This document shows positions 56,434 to 64,000 of a stretch of 64,000 nt of DNA, one piece after another. Position 1 is the stretch's first letter. Every line of letters begins with the position of its first letter. A model generated the notes under the pieces. The model ran no database searches. It worked only from the letters and a program-made list of their open reading frames with translations, and was not told the DNA's origin. The position numbers and the translations under genes were made by a program. The stretch is from Elusimicrobia bacterium CG1_02_37_114 (GTDB lineage: Bacteria > Elusimicrobiota > Endomicrobiia > CG1-02-37-114), in NCBI GenBank assembly GCA_001871125.1, contig MNXB01000117.1:5654-69653 (forward strand). Reading direction: 5' to 3'.

Positions 56434-57396
56434 TCAAGGCCTGACCCCCGTCATTAATTGTTTTATTGTCTGTTTTATAATCTTTATAGATTCGGGATGT
56501 ACTAAAACCAGAATATCCGAGCCTGCCTGGAGGTATCCCGCGGCACAGGTTACTTCCCATCCGACAGCACGGCTATGAAGTTCTCCCCATGTAGGTTGTT
56601 CGTCTTTTGAAGCTTTTGCTTCTTTTATTTTCCATGTTTCTTCAGCAATCATATTTATTATCGGTGTTGCTACAACTTTATCACCCGTCAAACCCGCCAG
56701 CCTGCATCTTTCCATTATTGAATAACAATATTCAAATCCATAGCCCAGCCCGCCTGTAGTATGATGCATAACTATCCGTTCAACCGGCAATCCCATATCA
56801 GAAATCAATATGTTGAGTTGTTTTGCTAAATTTATGTCCAGTGGAGTTTCTGCAATGACACTGTGGTCATTTGCAAGTGCCGCTGCAGTAATTGTTTTAT
56901 AATTATCTTTAGTAGCCATGCCTAAAAGAATTTTCTCTCCTTTGGTCATCTCAGCCACTTTTGGAAGTATCTCCTGGTCTTTTTCAGGATGATTGCATCC
57001 TATAACAATCAGCGGGAGGCTGACAGTTTTCAAAACTTTACTGACTAATTCCCCGGCATATTCCACTGAATTATTTTTACCGTCAGGATGACAGGAGTCA
57101 AGTTTCAGACAGAGCAAATCAGCGCCCCATTCTTCACACTTTTTTGCCCATCTAAGGGTATCGTTGATAAAGTTCTTAAATTCCTCAATAATAAAAGGCC
57201 AGTGTTCGGGAGGCGTATCACACACTTCTGCAGCAACTAGCGGAGGATTAGGCATCTGCCCTTCAAAATGCAGGAATGGTAATGTAGTTTCACCACCGAT
57301 TTTTATAACCTTGCTTCTGCTACCACCCTCAGAACTTACCGACCCTATTGATAATTCAGCTATTTTACCCGTCCATTTCTCAATTACTTTTTCCAT
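56434..57396 (-). CDS. acsD: corrinoid iron-sulfur protein small subunit (CdhD/AcsD)
   Basis: AcsD TIM-barrel family (DLLCLKLDSCHPDG, IVIGCNHPEKD). Confidence 0.8.
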   Translation of the reverse strand: MEKVIEKWTGKIAELSIGSVSSEGGSRSKVIKIGGETTLPFLHFEGQMPNPPLVAAEVCDTPPEHWPFIIEEFKNFINDTLRWAKKCEEWGADLLCLKLDSCHPDGKNNSVEYAGELVSKVLKTVSLPLIVIGCNHPEKDQEILPKVAEMTKGEKILLGMATKDNYKTITAAALANDHSVIAETPLDINLAKQLNILISDMGLPVERIVMHHTTGGLGYGFEYCYSIMERCRLAGLTGDKVVATPIINMIAEETWKIKEAKASKDEQPTWGELHSRAVGWEVTCAAGYLQAGSDILVLVHPESIKIIKQTIKQLMTGVRP

Positions 57397-57410
57397 AAAG
57401 TCCAGTCCTT

Positions 57411-59228
57411 TTAAATCCCCAATTTTCTCTTTACCGTGGGAAATAGTTCAATGTCCGTATGCGGTAAAAACAATGTTGACGTATATTCATTCATAAATTT
57501 CGGATTCGTGGACAAGTCTATATAAGTCATTTTACCTACAATCTCTTTTGCCTTCTCTCTTGCGGATTTTGAAAGGAGACATATTTTTGCACCTGCTACT
57601 GAAGAATTACCAATGAAACTGAATTTCTCATCGGGTAAGTCAGGCAACAGTCCAATCAGAATCGCCTTTCCGATATCAAGGGCAGTGCCGAAACCACCTG
57701 AAATGTATATCCTGTCAATATCTTCAAATTTTAGTTTCATTTCCTGTAATAAAACCTGCATGCCCAGAAAGACAGCTCCTTTTGAACGTAATAGTGTTGC
57801 AATATCAGATTCTGTTATTACTATGTGGCTATCTTTATCAGAAACAATTACAAATTCATATTCGTCATCTTCATTTTTTCTTAAACGGTTACTCTTAACT
57901 GATTCTTTCCTGAATTTACCTGAACGGTCAATTATGGAATTTCTCAGCAGTTCAGCAGGTATATCTATCAGCCCGGAACCGCATATACCTTTTGGCTTTT
58001 TGTTATTGATAGTAGAAACAGTAACTTCACCGTTGTCAATCTTAATACTTTGTATTGCACCGTCTATTGCACTTATTCCGCACTTTATTCCCACTCCTTC
58101 AAAGGCAGGCCCCGCAGAGCAGGAACACCCTACAAGCCAGTCACTGTTGCCGAGAACAATTTCTCCGTTTGTGCCCAGGTCAACAAGTAAAGATGCTTTT
58201 TCTACCCTATCCATACCGCTTGCCAGGACACCGGCTGTTATGTCACCGCCTAAATAAGATGCTACCCCGGGCAGGCAGGAAATTGTCCCTCTCGGGTTAA
58301 TTTTTATATTGAGTTCTTCTGCATTTATCACTGGCGGAAAATTAACCACAGGTATGTAGGGTTCTTTTCTTATATATTCAGGATTTATACCCAAGAACAA
58401 ATGTATCATTGTAGTATTACCTGCAGACTGAACAGCAAGAATATCGTTTTGTGAAATACCGCTTTTTTCAACTAATGCGGCAATCAGGTCATTAATGGTA
58501 TTACATATCATCTGGCTAAGTTTCTTCAATCCTTTTTTCTCTGTGGAATACATTATCCGGGTTATAACATCCTGGCCCAGGGAGATTTGCTGATTATAGG
58601 TCGCTTCTGCACAATGGACTTTACCGCTGTCTAAATTCACCAGGTATGCAACGACCGTGGTAGTCCCTATATCAAGTGCAATCCCGTAAATATCCTTTGA
58701 CCTGTCACCCGGTTCAAATTGTACGAATTCGTATCCACCGTCAGATTCCACTAAGCTTGCGGTAAAGTCCCATTCAACCTTTCTCAAAAAATGAGGCAGC
58801 GCTTTTAACAACGACAGGCCGATTTTCAGGTTTGATATGGATAATTTTTCTTCAAGTTTACTCTTTAGACGTTCGTAATCAGGTATGTTATTTTCAAGTG
58901 AAGGTTGGACAAGCTTTAAGTGAACTTTTTTTGCGAGTGGCTGGTATGCAAAAACACTTTCCTGCGTTTGCTCCGCAGTATCTATGAGTGCGTGTATTTC
59001 TTCTATTCTTGAACTATACGGTATTTCAATTACTAAGTCATCCGTAACATTTGTCTGACAACTCAATACATAACCGTTTTTGATAATAACTTTACATTTT
59101 CCACAGGTTCCATTGCCACCACAATCTGAATTAATATATATACCAGCGTCGGTTATGGCAGACAATAGGTCAGTATTATCTTTAACTTTAATTTCTATGT
59201 CATCAGGAAGTATTTTTACGGTATGCAT
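57411..59228 (-). CDS. acsV: corrinoid activation/regeneration protein (RACo/AcsV): 2Fe-2S ferredoxin + ASKHA ATPase
   Basis: N-terminal CGGNGTCGKC...C plant-type ferredoxin and a DUF4445 ASKHA core. Confidence 0.8.
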   Translation of the reverse strand: MHTVKILPDDIEIKVKDNTDLLSAITDAGIYINSDCGGNGTCGKCKVIIKNGYVLSCQTNVTDDLVIEIPYSSRIEEIHALIDTAEQTQESVFAYQPLAKKVHLKLVQPSLENNIPDYERLKSKLEEKLSISNLKIGLSLLKALPHFLRKVEWDFTASLVESDGGYEFVQFEPGDRSKDIYGIALDIGTTTVVAYLVNLDSGKVHCAEATYNQQISLGQDVITRIMYSTEKKGLKKLSQMICNTINDLIAALVEKSGISQNDILAVQSAGNTTMIHLFLGINPEYIRKEPYIPVVNFPPVINAEELNIKINPRGTISCLPGVASYLGGDITAGVLASGMDRVEKASLLVDLGTNGEIVLGNSDWLVGCSCSAGPAFEGVGIKCGISAIDGAIQSIKIDNGEVTVSTINNKKPKGICGSGLIDIPAELLRNSIIDRSGKFRKESVKSNRLRKNEDDEYEFVIVSDKDSHIVITESDIATLLRSKGAVFLGMQVLLQEMKLKFEDIDRIYISGGFGTALDIGKAILIGLLPDLPDEKFSFIGNSSVAGAKICLLSKSAREKAKEIVGKMTYIDLSTNPKFMNEYTSTLFLPHTDIELFPTVKRKLGI

Positions 59229-59319
59229 AAAATAACGAGGCTAAAGCCTCTACTCCAGGACAAGGTCTACTGCCCCACGATGATTCCGTTATATATTCTA
59301 CGAAATCATTACTCGGGGG

Positions 59320-60678
59320 CTACAACCATATTGAGCGCAGAAATTTAGGTATTCCCGATGCTTCTCTGGAACCCACAAGGACTTCCCATCCGGAAAGTTC
59401 ATTGAGTTTGCCACTCATAACAGCAACATAGCCGGGAATTATAAGTTTCCTGTGTTCTACAATATTCTCAATGTTTGCTTTTTTCATTGCATCAACAATT
59501 TTTTCCGGTGTAAATTTCTCTGCTGCCCAGGCAGTGAGTACTGAAAGACCGTCGGTATCAACAACCACAAGCCAGGAAGGTATTTTTGAATTGATTATTT
59601 CAGGTTCTATAGTAAAATAGGTGAGAGAAAAATTTGTTGTTATGAGAACCGGCGATTTATTATCGGGAGTACCGCCTATAGAGTAGAGTTTTGGTTGGAC
59701 GGTGACGGGTTTTTGTGGGTCGGCATAGATATTCTGCCTCAGGGTTACCATTGCCAGAAATTGCCAGTCAACCGGCTCCGGCACAATAACTATGCTTGCA
59801 TACTTGGCTATAAAAGTAGCCCCGCAGGTTAGAGCGTCGCAGTTATTCTCACCCTGCTTAGCAGAGCAGAAAACAATTGTCGGGTAACCTAATGGACGAT
59901 AATTTTTTCTTAATGCCAGTCGCCGCACCTGAGTGAGATTTTCCAGACAGCTGTTTATGTCAGGATTGGATAAATCCAGTACAATCTCACGAAACCCCAT
60001 GTCAGTAATTTTTTGTGTGACCGCAGCAATTTCATCCAGGTCTTTCCCGGTAACAAGCAGTCCCGCGTTATTTGTCCTGGCAAGATTGGTCATTGACTCA
60101 TAGTTTCCGGTGTTAGCGGGTCCCACTACGGGTCGCCTGTCCTTTAGAGTACTCAATGCTTTTTCAAGAGTTGTTATATTATTGCTCAGTAGAATCAGTA
60201 AAGAATCACTACTTAATGTATTTATTTCATTTAATGCATCTATAAATTTTGTCTCACTATCAGAATCGTTTTTAAGCGCAATAAATTCTGCTCTGACTTT
60301 CTGGCCGACACGGTCAAAAACAAGTTTATTAAATAAACTAACTTTATTTTTAATTTCCCCTCCTGGCACTGACAGATTATCACTTAAAAGTATTCCTGTC
60401 CCGCACTTATGATAAAAAGTTTTTTCATGCCGGAACAAAACAGTTTCTCCGCCGATAGAAATTTTGTTTTCACCGGAGCCGATTGTAACTGTCCTTATTG
60501 GTGGCTCGCTTGCACTTTCAAGTATTTGTTTTGTTTCCTCTGTTACATCCGGGCATTTATCAAGAGAGACTTTTTTTGTAGCCAAGGCCATTGCAAACGC
60601 CAGACAGGTAGGGAACCCGCACTTTTTACAATTTGTTTTTGGTAGAAGTTTGTAAATATCAAGTCCTGTAAGAGCCAT
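59320..60678 (-). CDS. acsC: corrinoid iron-sulfur protein large subunit (CdhE/AcsC)
   Basis: N-terminal [4Fe-4S] motif CKKCGFPTCLAFAMALA..CP. TIM barrel and B12-binding C-terminus. Confidence 0.85.
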   Translation of the reverse strand: MALTGLDIYKLLPKTNCKKCGFPTCLAFAMALATKKVSLDKCPDVTEETKQILESASEPPIRTVTIGSGENKISIGGETVLFRHEKTFYHKCGTGILLSDNLSVPGGEIKNKVSLFNKLVFDRVGQKVRAEFIALKNDSDSETKFIDALNEINTLSSDSLLILLSNNITTLEKALSTLKDRRPVVGPANTGNYESMTNLARTNNAGLLVTGKDLDEIAAVTQKITDMGFREIVLDLSNPDINSCLENLTQVRRLALRKNYRPLGYPTIVFCSAKQGENNCDALTCGATFIAKYASIVIVPEPVDWQFLAMVTLRQNIYADPQKPVTVQPKLYSIGGTPDNKSPVLITTNFSLTYFTIEPEIINSKIPSWLVVVDTDGLSVLTAWAAEKFTPEKIVDAMKKANIENIVEHRKLIIPGYVAVMSGKLNELSGWEVLVGSREASGIPKFLRSIWL

Positions 60679-60691
60679 AATTTATCCTTAT

Positions 60692-61813
60692 TTATATTAC
60701 TACAACCTTGTTTTTTCCGGCATCTTTAGCCATGTAGAGTGCCCTGTCAGCCTGATTTACCAGAGTGTAAACATCTTTGGCATCTGTTGGAAATGTAGCA
60801 ATACCAATACTTAGCGTCACTCTGCCTAAAGGTTGCTTTTCACCGTATGCAACCGGTGCCGTTTCAACTGCACTGCGAATTTTTTCACATGGAATCAGCG
60901 CATCGTTCTTATCGGTAGCAGGCAATATTATGACGAATTCTTCACCGCCATAACGAGCGACCACATCACCACTGCGAATTGAGTTGCCCATAATAGCAGC
61001 AATTCTTTTAAGACATTCATCACCTGCCTGATGTCCGTTCTTGTCATTATAATATTTAAAGTCGTCAATGTCTGCCATCCCGAATGAAAGACGACTTTTA
61101 TATCTTTTTGCAAGTTCTAATTCCTCCGGTAATCTGCTATCAAAATATCGCCTGTTATAAACCTGGGTAAGTTCGTCTATTATAGTTAACTCCTGGGTTT
61201 TTTTATATAACTGTGCATTTTCTATTGCAAAACCTGACTGATTGGCAAATATTGTAAGTGGCAATAAATCTTGGTCTTCGCCAATTTTCTTGGTGATTAA
61301 TAGGCCTATGATTCTGTCACTGGCAACAATAGGTAATATTGATGCTTCTGGTAGTTTTATTATTTTTTTTATCTTTTCGGACTCAAAGGCCTTTACGGGT
61401 TCCCTGTTTTCAATTATCGGATAGATGGGGTCTTCTTTGCCATCTATCGGGATATCGTAGATTTCTATACCGCTGAGTGAAACAGCGCCCGGGCATGCAA
61501 TACATCTCAAAAAATAATTAGCATCCGGGAATCTCTCTACTAAATATACAAATATCGGAGTAAACCCAAAATTATTTGATAGGATGTTAAGGATTTCTAT
61601 AAAAACTTTTTCAAGTTCAAGTGTACCGCGGAGGGATTCAGTAATTTCGTTTAAGTATCTGAGCTTGTTATGGTAAGCAATTGTCAGGTTGTTTCTTTCT
61701 TTAACAATGGTCCGGTGTGAATATATATAAAGAAGAACTACTATAACGACAGAGAGTATTAATAGAGATGAGAGTAAATAAATAATAGAGTGGACATCAT
61801 ATATTATTTTCAT
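60692..61813 (-). CDS. diguanylate cyclase (TM + GAF-like + GGDEF)
   Basis: RYGGEEFVIILP active-site motif, N-terminal TM helix. Confidence 0.85.
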   Translation of the reverse strand: MKIIYDVHSIIYLLSSLLILSVVIVVLLYIYSHRTIVKERNNLTIAYHNKLRYLNEITESLRGTLELEKVFIEILNILSNNFGFTPIFVYLVERFPDANYFLRCIACPGAVSLSGIEIYDIPIDGKEDPIYPIIENREPVKAFESEKIKKIIKLPEASILPIVASDRIIGLLITKKIGEDQDLLPLTIFANQSGFAIENAQLYKKTQELTIIDELTQVYNRRYFDSRLPEELELAKRYKSRLSFGMADIDDFKYYNDKNGHQAGDECLKRIAAIMGNSIRSGDVVARYGGEEFVIILPATDKNDALIPCEKIRSAVETAPVAYGEKQPLGRVTLSIGIATFPTDAKDVYTLVNQADRALYMAKDAGKNKVVVI

Positions 61814-61852
61814 TCATACACAAGTAAAATCCTGAAGGATTAACTCCGGGAA

Positions 61853-62218
61853 TTAACCAAGTATCTCCTTTATTTTCCCACGCAGTTTATCCAACAATAT
61901 TGGTTTTTGCGCAAAATCTGAAACCTGGGATGCCCAGATTTCATAATCTGTTTTGAAACCATCGTATGCGGTACACATCATTACAGGCAGACTCTTGGAT
62001 TTCTTTCTTATTTCTTCAAGCACTTTTAAACCGCTTGTGTCCGGAAGTTTTACATCAAGTATTACTAAATCAATCTTCTCTGAATCAAGATATTTAAAAG
62101 CTGTGGCACCATCTTTTGCAACAAGCACATTGTATCCCGATTTTCCAAGAGTATCTTCATAAACTTTTGCCAATAATTCTTCATCTTCTACTACTAAAAC
62201 AGTTTTTTTCTCATCCAT
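61853..62218 (-). CDS. single-domain response regulator (REC)
   Basis: VLVVEDEE..DLVILDVKLPDTSG..K. Confidence 0.85.
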   Translation of the reverse strand: MDEKKTVLVVEDEELLAKVYEDTLGKSGYNVLVAKDGATAFKYLDSEKIDLVILDVKLPDTSGLKVLEEIRKKSKSLPVMMCTAYDGFKTDYEIWASQVSDFAQKPILLDKLRGKIKEILG

Positions 62219-62229
62219 ATTTGTAGCTC

Positions 62230-63816
62230 CTATCCCATTGATGGTGTTGTCAAAGGCAATGAGATAATAAAGGTTGTTCCTATACCAATCTGGCTTCTAA
62301 CATCCAATTTACCGCCATGGGTTTCAACAATATTTCTTGATACTGCAAGACCGAGGCCAGTTCCTCTTGTTCTTGTTGTAAAGAATGGTTCAAATATTTT
62401 GTTAAAATTTTCTGGCGGGATACCCGGACCTGTATCGGATATTTCAACTTCAACGTTTTCATTATTTTTCTTCGTCACAACAGTCAGCTGTTTTACTCCA
62501 CGATTTACCATAAAATGACATGCATTCTGAATAATATTAAGTGTTACCTGCTTAATACGGTCAACATCAAAATCAAAAGGAGGCAATGTTTTATCAAGTT
62601 CCTTTATACATTTGACACCCACCTTTACAAAATCAGTTAATTCAAGAAATGAAACAAGTTCATCAATCACCTGGTTAATATCCGATTTTTTCAACGTTAG
62701 CTGGGGTTTATGGCTAAAGGATAGTATATCACCTACAACTTTGTTTAGCCTGTCGACTTCTTTTAATATAAAATCTATATATTTTTGGCTCGGGTCATTT
62801 TTATTTATCATCTCCTGCATCAGTTCAGCTGACCCGCGAATCGTTGATAGTGGGTTTCTTACTTCATGTGTCACTATTGCTGCCATTTCTCCCAGCGCTG
62901 AAAGTTTCTCTGCCTGAATTAGCTGATCCTGTGCCTTTTCAAGTTTTTTCACTGCCATATCAACTTCTTCCTGAAGTTTTTCCTTGAATCTTCTCTCTGT
63001 CTCATATAGCCGTGCATTTTCTATTGCCAGGCCTGCCTGGTTAGCAAAAGTAAGTAATGCTCTTAAGTCCTTTTCTTCTATTTGACGTTTACTCTTTACA
63101 TTATCTACAATCAGTATGCCGATAACTCTACCTTTTGCCTCCAGAGGACAACAGGCAAGGATAGCTTTTTGGTCAATTTCCTTGAATATATCAAAATCAA
63201 TTAACGGATTATCTCTATAATTAAAAAGCACTTTTGGCTGTTTTTCCAGCAGAGAGGTTACCGCAAAATTGGTTTTATCGCTTATTTGTATTTTTAAATT
63301 TTTTAATTTTTCAATATCAATCCCAAGCCCTTCAATACCCTCAAGAGCACCTGCTTCCTCATTCATCAGAAGCACACTGACGCGGTCATATTGTAAATAT
63401 ATACTTATACTCTCCAGAATTATCTTCAAAATCTTGTTCAGGTCCATTGTCTGCGCCATTTCACGAATAATACGTTGTAGATTTGATATCTCGTCAATTT
63501 TTCTCTGAAGTAAAACATTCCGTCTATCCGATTCCCCGCTTGCCTGTTTTAATAAATTGCCCATCTCTTCAAATTCTTCCTGTTTATGTTTCAATTTAGC
63601 CATTTGTGTGGCAACCAGCTCAAATGCTATTTGAAGTATTATGATGAGGGATACCGCTCCAAGAATCATCTCCAGCACTAAACCAAACCATGGCAGAGCC
63701 CAGGACGACTCCTTTATACCGATAAGATGCTTTAGTTCGAGATATACAACAAAAACAAGACATATCCCGATTATAGTAACCAACTTTATTCGTCGAAACA
63801 TTTCAAGTGGATTCAT
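62230..63816 (-). CDS. sensor histidine kinase (TM, coiled coil, GAF, HisKA, HATPase)
   Basis: H-box VTHEVRNPLSTI, G-boxes DTGPGI / GTGLGLAVS. Confidence 0.85.
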   Translation of the reverse strand: MNPLEMFRRIKLVTIIGICLVFVVYLELKHLIGIKESSWALPWFGLVLEMILGAVSLIIILQIAFELVATQMAKLKHKQEEFEEMGNLLKQASGESDRRNVLLQRKIDEISNLQRIIREMAQTMDLNKILKIILESISIYLQYDRVSVLLMNEEAGALEGIEGLGIDIEKLKNLKIQISDKTNFAVTSLLEKQPKVLFNYRDNPLIDFDIFKEIDQKAILACCPLEAKGRVIGILIVDNVKSKRQIEEKDLRALLTFANQAGLAIENARLYETERRFKEKLQEEVDMAVKKLEKAQDQLIQAEKLSALGEMAAIVTHEVRNPLSTIRGSAELMQEMINKNDPSQKYIDFILKEVDRLNKVVGDILSFSHKPQLTLKKSDINQVIDELVSFLELTDFVKVGVKCIKELDKTLPPFDFDVDRIKQVTLNIIQNACHFMVNRGVKQLTVVTKKNNENVEVEISDTGPGIPPENFNKIFEPFFTTRTRGTGLGLAVSRNIVETHGGKLDVRSQIGIGTTFIISLPLTTPSMG

Positions 63817-63820
63817 TGTT

Positions 63821-64000
63821 TTAAATGATTGCCTGCTCGGTTTCTTTATTAAATATGTGCATTTTGCTCATATCAAATACTATTTCAATATTTTGACCCG
63901 GTTCTGCCTGATTAAATGGGTTTACTCTTGCAGTAAATCTACTTTTTTGTGTAACAAGGTCCAACAATTTTTCACTGCCCAATGGCTCTACTACATCTAC
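63821..64000 (-). CDS. ABC transporter ATP-binding protein, MalK/UgpC-type C-terminal (TOBE) domain; 5' part outside window
   Basis: Translation VDVVEPLGSEKLLDLV...ARVNPFNQAEPGQNIEIVFDMSKMHIFNKETEQAI matches the MalK C-terminal regulatory domain. Confidence 0.6.
   Translation of the reverse strand, partial: VDVVEPLGSEKLLDLVTQKSRFTARVNPFNQAEPGQNIEIVFDMSKMHIFNKETEQAII

Noticed and set aside
57164-58300. Plus-strand ORFs opposite acsD/acsV
   Set aside because: Shadow ORFs with no independent support.

Overview
AT-rich bacterial chromosomal window, probably from an uncultured FCB-group or candidate-phylum lineage.

**Housekeeping block (1 to 11.9 kb, plus strand).** 3' end of trkH, then ktrA/trkA, a TPR protein, pheS, pheT, a ZapB-like coiled-coil protein, zapA, rarA, 5-formyl-THF cyclo-ligase, rny, ymdB, xseA, xseB and ispA. 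tRNA-Val and tRNA-Cys follow on the minus strand.

**LPS-core / envelope glycosylation block (12 to 18 kb).** A response regulator, a NodB-type deacetylase, two GT9 heptosyltransferases, a methyltransferase, an O-antigen ligase and a GT4 glycosyltransferase.

**Defence / mobile patch (18 to 24 kb).** HigB/HigA plus an orphan XRE pair, a 5'-truncated IS3-family element, pyrE-pyrF, and an AbiEi/AbiEii module. A 200-bp intergenic repeat element lies next to tRNA-Ser, and a second copy sits 20 kb downstream.

**Co-directional minus-strand supercluster (24.8 to 43.9 kb).**
- mscL, a TPR/HEAT membrane protein, a FadL/PorV-like beta-barrel fused to TPR repeats, and a receiver protein.
- A 1249-aa Kelch + FN3 secreted protein with a T9SS-like C-terminal domain.
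- Five receiver / histidine-kinase genes, three of them with N-terminal REC plus GAF.
- A MerR-REC regulator.
- An RND pump (AcrB-like transporter, membrane-fusion adaptor, and a TetR/TolC in-frame fused ORF).

**44 to 55 kb.**
- A DUF4143 AAA ATPase.
- A candidate sphingolipid/aminolipid cluster: double-GNAT acyltransferase, Spt-like alpha-oxoamine synthase, SDR reductase and membrane proteins.
- An R-M locus whose layout (two methyltransferases of different classes flanking a large and a small nuclease-like ORF) suggests a heterodimeric Type IIS system, preceded by an HTH-nucleotidyltransferase.

**55 to 64 kb.**
- Partial Wood-Ljungdahl corrinoid module (acsC, acsV/RACo, acsD, acsE) downstream of a histidine kinase, receiver and GGDEF protein.
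- 3' end of a MalK-like ABC ATPase.

**Non-coding.** Several small palindromic repeat families occur, including one inserted in-frame inside a kinase gene, and there is a possible 6S-like sRNA after zapA.
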